From positions 225,716-289,715 of the forward strand of contig JBDMAX010000536.1 of assembly GCA_039906565.1 (NCBI GenBank): a DNA stretch of 64,000 nucleotides, in the 5' to 3' direction. Shown piece after piece: positions 23,101 to 36,205 of this stretch. Below the pieces are notes generated by a model. The model was not told the origin of the DNA, did no database searches, and worked only from the letters and a program-made list of their open reading frames with translations. Numbering within the stretch: position 1 is the stretch's first letter; the number at the start of each line of letters is the position of its first letter. A program made the position numbers and the translations under genes. The stretch is from Aegotheles albertisi. Taxonomy: Eukaryota.

Positions 23101-26100
23101 GGAGGCCCAGACCTGGCCCCAGCATTACAGGGAGGGCTCTCACCAGAGCAGAGCAGAGCAGATGAGGAGAACCATCACCCCCTCCCTCGCCCTGCTGCTC
23201 ACGCTGCAGGTGACACAGCCCAGGATCCCAGGGGCTCTTTGAGCTCCAAGCGCACACAAGCCCACGGCGGTGGGGTGGCACTGGATGAGCTTTAAGGTCC
23301 CCTCCAACCCAAACCACTCTGGCATTCGGTGACTTTTTGGTTTTGTTTCAAACGCGATGTCGCAAATCGCGTTGGTGACTCCACACCCCGAATTCTCCCA
23401 AATTCTGGGGACAAAAATTAACCCCCGATGAGCTTTGAACAAAGAAAAGCCACCTCACACCTTCTCCAGTTGCACGCCGAGGCTTCCAGAAGGCATCTGA
23501 CGTTCACGAAGCCACCAACCCAGCAGGTCAACGTTTACCTGACGCAGCCAGGCCGTTACAGCCAGCAACCCTGTGCAAAATTGATTAAACAAAATGACCC
23601 TTTAGGAAAAGATACTGAAAGCTCAGGCAAAACACTAACATTTTCTTAAAAAAAACCAACCAACCAATCAACAAAACCAAACCGAAGGCTCAAACTGCTC
23701 CCCGCGGGCCGGAGGCGACATTTAGGACTGTTCTGCATCCAGGCTGTGCATTGGTCCTGCCCGTTCCTCTCGCCCTACGGCGAGCCCCAGAGCAAATGAA
23801 TTCCCTGGCAGAAACGAGTGAACGCAGGTCAGCAACAACCCCAGCAACCCCCTGACCCCCAGGTTTAATTACAACGTGTCATAAAATCAACGGGAATGGG
23901 CAAATCCCTCTGTTTTCCCCAGGAAACGACATCTGCGGCGTTTCTGGCCACGTTTCAAGAGGTCACTAGGCAAGTCCAACCTCCAGAAAGCCCCTGAGTC
24001 AGCAGAAGCCTGCTCAAAACAAATCACCTCCTCCTGATCAAAACACCCCCGACAGACAAAGAAAAGAAAACAAAAGGACGCACAGCAACCGTGTGCCCCC
24101 CCCTTCTCCTGGCGCTGGGACAGGATTTGTGGCAGTGACTTGATTCCACACGCTGGAAAAGCTCAAAGGTCACTGCCGGGGGAAACTGGAGTTCCCTGGG
24201 TCTCAGGGTAATTCTAGAGCTAAAGTGGGGATAGACATCACCTCCACATCAGATAATACATGCCAACACTCATCACTGACCCAGGAAGCCAGCCTCCTCC
24301 TGCCCTCCCCAAGAGCTGCACAGCCAACACGCTTTCTGCCCCAAACAGGACGCTGCCCGATTTTTCTGTGACCCCATTCACACATTCCTGGAGACGTGAC
24401 CAGAGATTCACCACGCGAGCAGCCAAGCCACTCTCTGGAAGCACTGGAGCCTCCTGGGTATCTGTTTTCACCACGGTTTGCATGAGAAGGAAAAGGAAAC
24501 ACACAACAGATGGAGATCAGCGCCAGTGAACAAATGAGATGCAGAGCAAGCCCTTGTCACGCTCTGCCTTCCTTTCTGCTGGTTTTTCCTGTTGGTTTAA
24601 TGAGGTGGCGAATGGTTTCCCAAGCCATGAACAGCTCGGGGTGCAGTGATCCCTCGCACACAGGACCTGCATCACGCCTGTGCAGCACAGACAGCACTGC
24701 TGCTGCCAGGCAGTACTCACACGTTGCCTGCCCTTGCCCCAGGTGACCATGTCCAGGCCATGTGCTTCTCCAAACGCCACGGGCCATCGGGTTTGTCATC
24801 GCGCCGTCCGCATGGCACAGCGCGTGGCACAGCGCAGAGGGACAACGCAGCACTCCTTCTCCTGGAATGCAGGGGCTGACAGAAGCATTCTTTTTGAACA
24901 GCACCACCCCCACGTTCACATCACCATGAGAAACAGGAAACAAAATGCTACAGAGCCCAGGTTTTGCCCTGAGCAACAACATCTCCTGGGAAATGTCCCC
25001 TCCTCGGTTTTCTCGTCCAGCCCACAGGGAGCTCCCTCACCAGTGGCCAGGGGCACGTGGCAAACGCCGTGACCTGTGCGTCTGCTGTGCAGGACAGCAA
25101 ACAGCTCCTCTCCAGCTGTTGTGCTGTCACACACGGACCCAAACCAACTCCACAGCTCCCCTGCAGCTGCAATGCCCTGCAGATCCCCTGCCCTGGCTGC
25201 AGATCGTCCTGCAGCACCGCAGAGCTGGGGGCTCGCAGAAATAACACCGGAGGCTTTTGGCCAGCAGAAGCCCTGCCGAGGCCCAGCAAGCAGGTTTCGC
25301 CGTTTCCATGCGAGCGTTACAGCCCACAGCAGAGCTGGGATTCCAGGCCAGTCCCGCTGCTGCTGGGGCACGGGCAGGCACAGCTCCAGCAGCTGCTCAG
25401 GGAGAACAGCGACAGTCAGAGCCTGCCCCTGTCTGGAGCTGCAGCCTCTCGGGTTTGCACCAGGGCTCGCACAAGATGGGAAGTGAAAAACCAGACTGGA
25501 CTGTGAGAAATTTGTTCTACAGCAACGGTGAGCAAAGCAGAGCGAGACAAAGTGCTTCTTCTCAGGTGAAAAGTGCACAACAAATCAGTAATTCCCGAGC
25601 AGACAGGAGCAATTCCCGTGGTACCTGCAGAGAGGAGCAGATCCGAGAGACACAGTGCAAGGACTGAACAGCACAGCACCACTTTTGTCTCGTGCTGAAA
25701 CACGAACACCCTGCACTGACACAGGAAGGCCATGTGCTACAGTTATAGCTCACAGAGTCATTGCAGAACGTTCAATGTCTGTGAACAGACAGCAATATAG
25801 ATTTGTGTATCTATGAAACCCAAACCTTTCCTCTCCCTCTGACCACACGCAGCTCTCACCTCCACAGACGAGTGATCATCCACAAACCCCAGCGCAGCCT
25901 GCAGCTGGAACGTGTGCTGAGCAGGCAGCTAAAGACTCCCGAGAGTGCAGACACAGCCGTGAGCCGAGGGCCCTCACCAGCACCCCGTGGCACTGGGATC
26001 CAGTCGCTGGGGGCTGCCCGGCAACCCGCGCCCCCCCGATGGACGCTGCGAGCGGCAGCGTTTGCCAGGCCGAGCAGGGCAGGGCTGTGCCCGGCTCCAG

Positions 26101-27636
26101 CAGCGTCCGACCGGGGGAGCCGCGCGGAAAGGCGGCTGCGGCCTCCGGGCAGGGAACGGGGCCCCCACGAGGTCGCCTCGGGGCGATGCCGGAGCTCAGC
26201 TGAGAGCCGCCCCCCCCCGCAGAGCCCGGGGACCGACACCGCAGCTCCCCCCTGTGCGTGGCGGGGGGCGCGGGGCAGGAGAGCAGCGGCTGCGGAGCGC
26301 AGCCCAAGCCCCCCGGGAAGGGCGTTCGCGGTGCCGGAACCAGCCGGCCCCGACCCGGCCGCCGGGCCCTGGCCCAGGCCGAGCCGCGCAGGCCACGAGG
26401 GGGCCGGGGCCGCCCCCGCCGCCTCCCCGGGGCTCTCCCCGGGGCCCGGGCAGGCTCGGTCTCGCCGCCGGGGCCCCCGGCTCCCCCCCAGCTCCCCCCC
26501 AGGCCGCAGCCGGGCCCGACCCCGCTCCGCCGCCTCCCCCGCGCGCACCCCCCGGAGCGCCCGGCAGCGCGGGCCCAGGGGCGCCGCGCGGCAGGACCCC
26601 GCCATAGCTGCCCGCGGCGTTCGCCTGACCCGCGCGCGCCGGCGGAGGCGGTGCCGCGGCCGGGCAGGAGCTGGCACCGCGGCGGCGCCCCGCGCCCCGC
26701 AAGGACCCCGCCCCGCCAGGACCCCGCCCCGCAGGCGCGGGCTCCTCAGCGGCCGCCGGGGCAGGAGCCGCTCCTGGAGCTCGGCCCCGGCTCCCCGCAC
26801 AGAAACCCCCGCGCCGGCCCGGGGAAAGCCTCGCCGGCTGCCGACGCGCCGAGCCGGGCGGGCGCCGCCCGTGCGTGTGCGGGAACGCCCCGTGGGGCCG
26901 CGTGAGGCGCGGTTCGCAGAGCTGGGCCCGAACGCAATGGAGGGGCGGCCTGAGCTTGGGCCCGGCCCGTGACACAGCCTGGGCAGTGCCGGCTGCCCTG
27001 GAGCGCTTGGAAACGAGGCCTCTCGGTGTGCCTGGGGGGGCTGTGGGGGCTCTCGGGGCGTTTGAAATCCCGCAGCCGTGTGTGCGGTACCCGATGGTGC
27101 TGCTCTCCCTGCAGGGTGCTCTGGGGAGCAGCTGCCAGTGGGGGCACAGAGGGGCTTGGGGGAGAAGGGACCCCTGGAGATGATCTGCCCCAAGCCCTGC
27201 ACGAGCAGAGGCAGCTGCCCAGGACCACGTCCACTTGGGTGTTGGCATCTCCAAAGATGGAGACTCCTCAACCTCTCTGGACAGCGTGTGCGGGGTTTGA
27301 GCTGCCCTTACAGGCAGACCAGGGTGGGTATTTGTGTGCAGAGGGGATTTGGGGGATTTTATGTGTGCTCGTTGCCTGTGGGCACTGCTGAGGGGTGCCT
27401 GGCTCCCTCCCCTTCCATACCATGGGACGTTCATGCATGTAGATTAGGATCCCCCTGAGCCTTCTCCCCAGGCTAAGCAGCCCCAGCTCTCTCTGCAAGC
27501 TCCAGACCCTCCATGATCCTCCATCCCTGGCCTCTCTCCAGCACTGGGGATCCCAGCACTGGACAGAGCAACTCCAGCTGTGGCCTCACCAGCGCGGAGT
27601 GACTTCCCCAAGGAGTCCAGGGGAGGTGTGTTCTGC
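20140..27636. repeat. Right arm of the large inverted repeat. It probably continues past 27636, pairing with sequence left of the window.
   Basis: Mirror of 1..7500. About 1% substitutions are visible as amino-acid changes between mirrored ORFs. One indel is visible: ORF 4398..4967 is intact on the left but split on the right as 22672..23094 and 22814..23242. Confidence 0.9.
25850..27040. promoter_or_regulatory. CpG island at the outer end of the right arm. Mirror copy of 600..1790.
   Basis: Same composition as the left-arm island. ORFs 25803..26972(+) and 25856..27271(-) mirror 664..1833(-) and 365..1780(+). Confidence 0.6.
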
Positions 27637-27689
27637 CAGCACTGAAAGAAGAGTAAAAAACCTCTCCAGAATTCCTTCTTCTTGGGAAA

Positions 27690-28015
27690 TGCAGTTACAC
27701 AGAATCACAGAGTGTCAGGGGTTGGAAGGGACCTGGAAAGCTCACCCAGTCCAACCCCCCTGCCAGAGGAGGACCACCCAGAGCAGGGCACACAGGGTTT
27801 GAATGTCTCCAGAGAAGGAGACTCCACAGCCTCTCTGGGCAGCCTGGCCCAGGGCTCCGTCACCTTACAGTGACAAAGTTCTTCCTTATGTTCACCTGGA
27901 ACCTCCTGTGTTCACCTTGCACCCGTTCCCCCTTGTCCTATCACTGGCCATCCCTGAGAAGAGCCTGGCTCCATCGTCCTGACCCTCACCCTTCACATAT
28001 TTATAAACATTCAGT
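27690..28015 (-). mobile_element. CR1 LINE fragment (antisense), just outside the right arm.
   Basis: cacagaatcacagagtgtcaggggttggaagggacctggaaagctcacccagtccaacccccctgccagagg... is the antisense CR1 3' end and ORF2 tail. Confidence 0.75.
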
Positions 28016-28847
28016 CTCCTCCAAGCTAAAGAGCCCAGTTAAGTATCTATACTGCTGGAAAGGAACTATAGGTTTAAGTATACCAGGTTTGAAATCAATG
28101 TGATGCTGTACATCATTCCTAAAGAAAAGCAACGCTTGAAGCATCCTAGTGGAACATTTACTGGCTTTGTAAATGCAGCAGGGAAAGAGGCCATGCTCTC
28201 TGCAGCTGATATTCTGTCAGTGCTGGGTGGTATCCAAAGCCTTAAAACTGACACGCGGGCGTGCAGAGAGCAGCAACACAGCAAACGTTCAAAATTGAAT
28301 GATCACACTTCTTTTTACCTTGTACAATAAAAACATGCACCTGTATTTCCCAAGAGCAGTACTGAACGTTCATCCATAAAGAAGAAATCTCGCTTAAGGC
28401 ACAAATAAACAAGTATTTTCTTCATAAACGTTACAGGTCCCCTTGAGGCACAGAGATAAGCGCACGGAGTGGCAATTCCTGTCTTTGCTAGATTCAGGGG
28501 AGTAAGGTGGTTAAGTCACTGAAAAGAAGCCCTGTGAAAACAACTCGGTTTTGTTCATACTGATTGACAAACGTGTGTAAAACATAGTCTGAAAGTAGTA
28601 ATTTGGCCACCGTTGGAGGAAAATCAGCCCTATCTGTGTTGGAATTGATGAGAATGCATGTTTTTGAAAGGCCCAGAGTCAGTAGGTGTTTACTTTCAAC
28701 TTTTTTTAAAAGATGCAAGGCCCCAGGACCACAGTGTTAGCATTTTTATGCTAAATTTAGCATTTTAGCAAGTGGTGACCTAGAGACCGTGTGCGGCTGC
28801 ACGGCATTCCTAGGGAAGCAGAAGAGCTTTTTTAAATCTCCTTGAGA

Positions 28848-28853
28848 TTTATT
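28848..28853 (-). other. ACADM: Candidate polyadenylation signal AATAAA for ACADM, about 500 bp 3' of the stop codon.
   Basis: Plus-strand tttatt at 28848..28853 reads AATAAA on the minus strand, downstream of the TAA at 29353..29355. No transcript evidence. Confidence 0.4.
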
Positions 28854-29352
28854 AATTCGATATCCACCCAAACTCCAGTGATAAAACAGTGGGACCAAGT
28901 CTGTATCGTTACAAACAATACAGAAGAACCTAAAATCCAATGCCTTGTTACATGCTGAGTGTCCTCACAGAATGGATAAAACCAGCCCCTAAAATTAAAA
29001 GAAATCAGAATTTTGTTCACTGTTTTGGTCATAGAAATCTTACAGGGAAGGTTTTTACCTCTTCTGCCAAAAGCCAAAGATTTCAGTGAAAGAGGGCGCG
29101 TGGGAAAGACGACAACCAATCACTCTGGAATTCAGAAAAGTTTAGAAAACGCCAGGTTTGTGTCAGAAGGAACGAAGTGAGGGAATGGACGGAGAGTGCC
29201 GAAGTTGTGCATAATCATGTACATGGTAAAAAGATTTTGAAGGAGAAGGGATTTTTCCACACCTTTCTGATTGTATTGAGAAACACACTAAAATCCTCTT
29301 CCATGAGAAGATGGAACACTACAGCAGTGCCAGACAAGCTCGATCTATTTCT

Positions 29353-29424
29353 TTAAGCCTGGTATTTGCCAACGTGTTCACGAGCTATGATCATCCTTTG
29401 AATCTGAGCAGTTCCCTCGTAAAT
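29353..29424 (-). CDS. ACADM: ACADM exon 12, the last coding exon, including the TAA stop.
   Basis: tcttttcag|ATT TAC GAG GGA ACT GCT CAG ATT CAA AGG ATG ATC ATA GCT CGT GAA CAC GTT GGC AAA TAC CAG GCT TAA translates to IYEGTAQIQRMIIAREHVGKYQA*. Human has [23 protein letters not shown]. Confidence 0.9.
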   Translation of the reverse strand: MYEGTAQIQRMIIAREHVGKYQA

Positions 29425-29538
29425 CTGAAAAGAATCATCGCAGTAATGTTAGCTGGTTGATTTTTAAAATATTCTTGTAAACCTTCACAGCATGGACTCG
29501 GATGTGCAGAAAGACAGAAAACTGAAAAAATCCCAGTG

Positions 29539-29578
29539 ATTAATGAATTAATGAAAAATTAATGAAAAATTAATGAAC
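29539..29578. repeat. Short AT-rich tandem repeat, (attaatgaaaa)n, in ACADM intron 11.
   Basis: attaatgaattaatgaaaaattaatgaaaaattaatgaac. Confidence 0.8.
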
Positions 29579-31279
29579 TACAGTGGGCTAAGTGCAATAA
29601 GCCCCATGAGACACTGACAGCCTTTTTCTCCAAACTCAGTAAGGTTCTCATGAAGCTAACAGACGTAGTGGGTGAAGAACAATGGGGAAAATGTCTTATC
29701 TGGGGAAGAAAATACATAATCCATGTTTTACAAAGTAGGTTTTGAAACAGTGAGTGGAGGGGAGGAGGATACCTGTGCTGGAAGTGCTGCATTTTCTTCA
29801 ACTTGCCTTTCAAGGCCATAGCAAATGTTTGCTCACACCCATTTATTCCCACTGCTCCTCCTTAACTAGTACTCTCTTCAACACGGTATTTCCTTTTCTT
29901 TATTTCAACCATGTATTCGTGTATTTTCCACTAGAAAAATTCTGCATCTTCTGTTCCATCCAGCTTGCTGGCAGCAGAGATTCACAACACCACACGTACG
30001 CAGGGTTAATGCAGAAAGAAGGCCACGTGCTTCACGGGAACAGTGAGATGTGATGCAAGGGCAGGAGAGTTTAGGGGTTCGAGTGTTTCAGCTCCCAGTT
30101 CTGACAAAACTTGCTTTGGCAAACTGCCCCAAATGCAATTGCATGCAAATTCACTCTCTGCAGTCATAGAAGAGGGATAAATCTTCCCAAGAACCTTACA
30201 GAGCTTTGAAAAAATAAAGATGCCATCACCTGTAGCCACACTGGTTTCTTGGCTCAGGGGAAATGGTTCATTCTCACAGCGAATTCGCTGACTGCGGTTG
30301 CTTACCCTGTACTTAAATCACTTGCTGATGAAGATAGCCATGAAACTCAAGTGTAAAAACATCAAAGCCCACAGCCTTCTTAAGTAACCATAAGAAAGGT
30401 TTTGGTTTATAAGCCAATGGGAGTAGTTTCAAGCATCGCTGACAAGTAAAAAAAGGGAAGTTTTCCAAATTTGAGAAACTAAGTTAGAGCTTCTATCACA
30501 GTCACCTAGATCTGCAGCCAGAGAGAAACCCAGAGGAAAGCATGGACATGTAAGGATGTCACTAGTAACCACAGCAGCAGAATTGTGTCATTGTGAGAAA
30601 TTGCAGATATAGGGAAGAAAAGAACAGGTGGATAACAAATGGCCAAGAAACACGCAACAAATGGCCATCAGCATATAGCATCTGGAATTAGGCAGTGACC
30701 CAGGGAAGTGCAGTCAAGAGACATAAATTGAATAGCTGTAAAGACAAAAACCCTTTCCTGTATTCTTTTGGGGATGAAGGGGAGCAGAAAAATCACAAAA
30801 AATTTAATACTTTGAACAATTGAAAAAAAAAGGCTACCTAGCCAAGCATTCATCAGTGTAATGGAAAATCTAAGGAACTGGGATCTTGTGAAATAAGCCC
30901 CAACTTTCAAATAACCCAACCATCTCATCTGTTTCTCTAGGAAACCATGGAACCTGGCAGGAAAAAAGCCCAGTCATAACCAAGTCTGATAACTCATTCA
31001 TTTACTCACTTGCAGGAGTGCAATTAGGACTAAGAACCTTTAGGTGCCAAACAGTGATTTTCTATCCTTAGGGTTAGACAAGAAAAAATCTTGTCTAGTC
31101 AGAATAGATTTAATTCTAAAGTCAGCGGTAAGAGAAATTTCAACTCCCTAGAATCTTAAGAATAATAGCTGTTATCCCTAACATTAGGGATCATGGTCCA
31201 CGTGCACTTCTTGCCACCTATTTTGACATGTTTTATATAGTCATTATTAATGTCAGAGGGGAAAAGATTACTGTTTTGC

Positions 31280-31390
31280 TATACATAATTAAATACCATC
31301 TCATTCCAACCCCCTGCCAAGGGCAGGGACACCTCTCACTAGACCAGGTTGCTCCAAGACCCATTCCAACCTGGCCTTGAAGTCACTCAC
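31280..31390 (-). mobile_element. Small CR1-related fragment in ACADM intron 11.
   Basis: ccattccaacccctgccaagggcagggacacctctcactagaccaggttgctccaagacccattccaacctggccttgaa resembles the antisense CR1 segment seen at 9420..9500 and 41160..41240. Confidence 0.5.
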
Positions 31391-31948
31391 CTGATTATGG
31401 GTGACTATGGGCTAAACATGAGTAAATAGGAGCATGTTTTGTTCTTTTGGGAAAAAAAAAAGGCTGATCACTGCAGGCAGTGCCAGACTTCTGTCAATAT
31501 AACACACGCGAGATAATTTATCCCTGATACTCCGTGCTGGTCGTACCTCAGCTGAAGTAATCTGCCCAAGGGTTCAGACAGAAGGTTTAACGCACAGCCA
31601 GAAGTGAGGAAGAGAAGAACATTATACAGGAACTTACAGAATACCAAAGCAAGCACCGGTATTTCCATCACTGTTTTCTGAGTTCAAAAGCTTCACAATG
31701 AAGAGTCCAAGAATTTTAAGGTGTTACCACATCAGAAAAACAAAATCACAACACTAAATGTATTTCTCTTGTGTAGGTTAAGTTGTTGATCTAATGCAAA
31801 GAGAACTGTATGCAAGAATTTGCTTGATTTGAATGCTCTTTCTTTAAACTGAAGGATTATTGCTCTTGTCCTCAAAATGTTTTTAATATGCATACCTCAT
31901 GATTTCAAGTAAGTAACCATCAGTTTATTTCATAGAAATTGTATGCTA

Positions 31949-32236
<288 letters not shown>

Positions 32237-32906
32237 CTACAAATGATGAAACAAACCAAGTTAACATTGCCTGCTTAAAATTCTATCACGTCCAAGAAGA
32301 ATAGGGCCTTCTTCATTTCTTAATTTGCAAATTCAACACACTCAGGAAATTGTACTTGAAGAGTTCTACAGAGTTTAGATCAGGCTCTCAACTGTATGTT
32401 GAATGAGACTTTCAAGTTTTTAATTCTAAAATCCACTTAGTCACAGGGATTAAGCATTGAATTACAAAGGTTTTGTGCTTTACTCTTCATGAGATCTGTA
32501 TTTAGTTTGCTGTTTATTTATGTTTCTTAAAACCTGGTAAGTGGTGTGATTGGCAGTGTTTTCTATTAATTAATACTGTGAGTCTCATTTCACGTACGTC
32601 ACAGAGGTTTTTTCCTTCCCTGAAAATCCCTGTTCATAAGAGTTGAAGAACTTAAGTAAGTCTGGACAGCACATGAGTTTCGGGGTCTGGGGTGGAGTTT
32701 TCTTTGTGATTTTGCTGTTATCAAGAAGTTACAGAAGAACCCCAGGAGCTACTGCTAGATTTCCTTAGTGCTGATGTATATACTTGAAAACCCAAGCGAT
32801 GGCAGAGATACAGTAAATCACATGTCCCAAACACCAAGGAACAACCTTGAAAATTCACTAAGTAGTGTATCTGGTATGAAAACATGGCTTTATTTTAATA
32901 TGTTTA

Positions 32907-33083
<177 letters not shown>

Positions 33084-33087
33084 TTAC

Positions 33088-33228
33088 GGGTGGTCTGGTC
33101 TTATCAAAAGCTCCCATTGCGATTTTAAAGCCAGCTCCCTCAGCTATTAATACATTTTCTTTTGGAACTCTTACATCTTCAAAGACAATACCTCTTGTAT
33201 CAGAGCAGCGCTGACCCATATTCATTTC
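33088..33228 (-). CDS. ACADM: ACADM exon 9.
   Basis: [47 protein letters not shown]. Acceptor ttttcag|, donor |gtaagta. 141 bp. Confidence 0.95.
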
Positions 33229-33838
33229 CTGAAAAGGGAAGTTTACAGAGGTGCAACTAAATTGCATTTTTCCAAGGTATAACATATTTTCATTCTTTAG
33301 TTTACTCAAAGCCTAAAGCAAGCTTTTTTCCCCAAAAAAGTAAAGTAAGCATTTTTTATTATTCTTACTAGGAACAGCACTTTGTTTTCTTTCTTTTTTT
33401 TTTAATCCCAAAACAGAGAACTAGTGCCAGTGTCTCCAAGGCCTATTCCTTGAGCAGGAGTAGCTCACATTAAAGCACACCATGTGTTCATGGTTCAAAT
33501 TGACCCCCTGGCTTCTTACATTTTCAAAGTATATTACTTCACATTAATTGGCACTTGTCAATTCAATGGTTCTCAAAGATTCTTTTGCAGCTGTGCAAAG
33601 TCATATTACTTTAGACCATTCTGAATAACTCCTTATAGGAATTAATCAAATTGTAATTATTAAGTAGGTCTTACACATCGTTTCTGTATGCTGTGAAAAA
33701 GAAAATATCATTGTACATGAGCACATGAAAATGTTCAGTCGCTTAACGCTCTTTTTTCTTTAAGTGTGATTTGTTGCAATGTTGGTTGAGAAGTGAATAA
33801 CCATTCCTGGCTTGGCAAGTAAGAGATACACTCTTCAC

Positions 33839-33947
33839 CTTTCTTCCAATCTGGATTCCGGGGCTATTTGCTTCCACAATGAATCCAGTAAAGGCTTTGC
33901 TTGCGGGGGCTTTTGGATCTGGATTGGTACGAGCTAGCAAAAAATAC
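33839..33947 (-). CDS. ACADM: ACADM exon 8.
   Basis: (W)[36 protein letters not shown]. Acceptor cactag|, donor |gtgaag. 109 bp, phase 2-in/0-out. Confidence 0.9.
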
Positions 33948-35134
33948 CTAGTGTAAAACAAAGAGGAGAGGAGTCAGTTTCTCCTCACAATTAACTATCG
34001 GATATTTTTTAGCTAACAAGTTAAATGTTTTTATGTGTGTTTGTACCATATAATAAATCTATTAATAAGTTCACACCCTTTTTTCTTGGCCCTTCCAAAA
34101 AAACCTGAGGGAGCAAAAGAGTAAGTGTCAGTGCATCTTACTGCAAAAGTCAAGATTTAATTAAATTCCTTCAGATCAACATGCAAAGGTTCTCCACTTT
34201 TTCCATGTTAAGTCTTAATATTGCAATTAGCTTCATAAATAGTACAAAAGAAACTTATTCACAGCACATACATAAAAGATACTGCTTAGGAGATACGGAG
34301 TATTGCATGCAAAATGTTGTTATCCTCTTGATTTCAGCTATCTTAATTTTATTCTTCTAAGTTGTAAATAAGTTTTTTCCTGTTAGAAATTCAACAGTTG
34401 TACATCACATTTATGGTGTTCAGTAACATCAACAGATAGCTAGTAGATTCTCTTTGATGGCTCTGCCTTGAACAAGGAAATAAATAACGCGAAAGTTCAG
34501 CTTTATACAGAAACGTATAAAGTTTTTCCTCTTGAATTAAAAACAATTTGTATTGGGGGTGAGCATGATCTTACGTGAGACAATGAAAGATGTCTGTGTT
34601 GTAAAGCACCTCCATAGAGACCACAGCAAAATCTGCATTCTCTGACACTTGGAAAATACCTTCCATTAAGAAAATTAAATGTAACACCACAATCCTTGAG
34701 TTTTTCTATCTTTGCTAAAAGTGAGAGATGTTTCTAGTAGAATCAGAAGTAAGGGATCTTGCTCACCACACCCACAAAGCAAGGTCCCTTGTAACACCAG
34801 CCTCTAACACTCTGCAAGTTAACTCTTACTGTCGCTGCCCTTCCCTGAAAAGAAAGCAGAGTTCATTTTGTTTGACAGTAGCAAAAATTGAGAGGTGTTC
34901 TTGAATGGAGCTGTCATGTCCATGCTCAGTGTCCTTTCCAGGCACCGCACAGCACTGAGACCTTTCTTACACCTTGTCCTGATAACCTGATCAGAGATTA
35001 AAGTGCAGTGTGGTGCATAATGAACGTTCAGATCTGTAACAGATCTTCAAGGAAACACCAGCACCTAACTTGCAGAGAGACACACACACACACATCAGTA
35101 TAGAACAGAATAACAGAAACAGCAAAGTGACTCA

Positions 35135-35326
<192 letters not shown>

Positions 35327-36038
35327 TCAGCAACCACAAAGGATTACAGAATTGAGTGTAGCAAACTGATCTGGGTAGAAAACTCCAAAATACTACATCA
35401 AAATACCCCATCAACTGTCTGAGCAAGAAACCAAACATGTATGGGTTAATTTTCCTTATAAATCCATAATAAGGCTTTAAATTGTCTTTTAAAGACCAAC
35501 TGAACTATTTTGTAACTTTTAATAAGTTATCACCTCCTTATGCTTCACACACTCTGATGTGAAAGCTGAGGATTTTTCAAATTTGGAAATAAGAGCAGAG
35601 AGTTACACTTTCTGGTTACTGTGCTCTTCATCTGACAAGGCTTAGTCGTTCGGATTTTAACACATTGCACGTGAATCTTTACTTCTTTCTATGTAACAAA
35701 TACTGCTTAGATAATATTTAAGATTCATAAACGCTGTTTAATGCCCATTTGAGTCAAGTTTGTGCTCATACAAATCTGGCATTTTTCTTAAACTCCTCCA
35801 CCTTCTCTTGAAAGGGAAATAAAATTAATTTTCAGTAGGCAACTTAGGATGGTTTTCCAGGTAGTATCTTCTATTTGCTTATTGAATGCATCTAATTCAA
35901 TATTCCTTGACTTTCAGTAAAAGCCACGAACCAAAAAAAGGCTACATTGTGAGTATGTATCAGTGTTTAAAAAAAAACCCCAAAACCATTATGAATATAA
36001 TTTCGGAGCAGTCTCCAGTGTTCCTAAGTTATACTTAC

Positions 36039-36119
36039 ACACATCATTGGTTCCTCTGTCATTCTTCCTAAATATTTTTTCTGCTGTAGCTCATTTCCTG
36101 CAATGATCACTGGCATTTG
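36039..36119 (-). CDS. ACADM: ACADM exon 6.
   Basis: [27 protein letters not shown]. Acceptor tttcag|, donor |gtaagt. 81 bp. Confidence 0.95.
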
Positions 36120-36205
36120 CTGAAATAAAATATTTATACTATTAATCCACCTTTTTAAAGGGCACAGACTCTAGTTTACAGGAGGCAAGAAAAGACAGAA
36201 CTTAC

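Noticed and set aside
20140-27636. Treating right-arm ORFs as additional independent genes.
   Set aside because: They are reverse-complement copies of the left-arm ORFs and carry no independent evidence.
30060-30090. ggggttcgagtg motif resembling a tRNA T-arm.
   Set aside because: There is no matching acceptor stem, no D-arm, and no following TCC. It is not a tRNA.
30006-30239. Minus-strand ORF beginning ...ag|ATT TAT CCC..., initially considered as an ACADM last exon.
   Set aside because: The translation (IYPSSMTAESEF...) does not match ACADM. The genuine exon 12 (IYEGTAQIQR...) is at 29353..29424.
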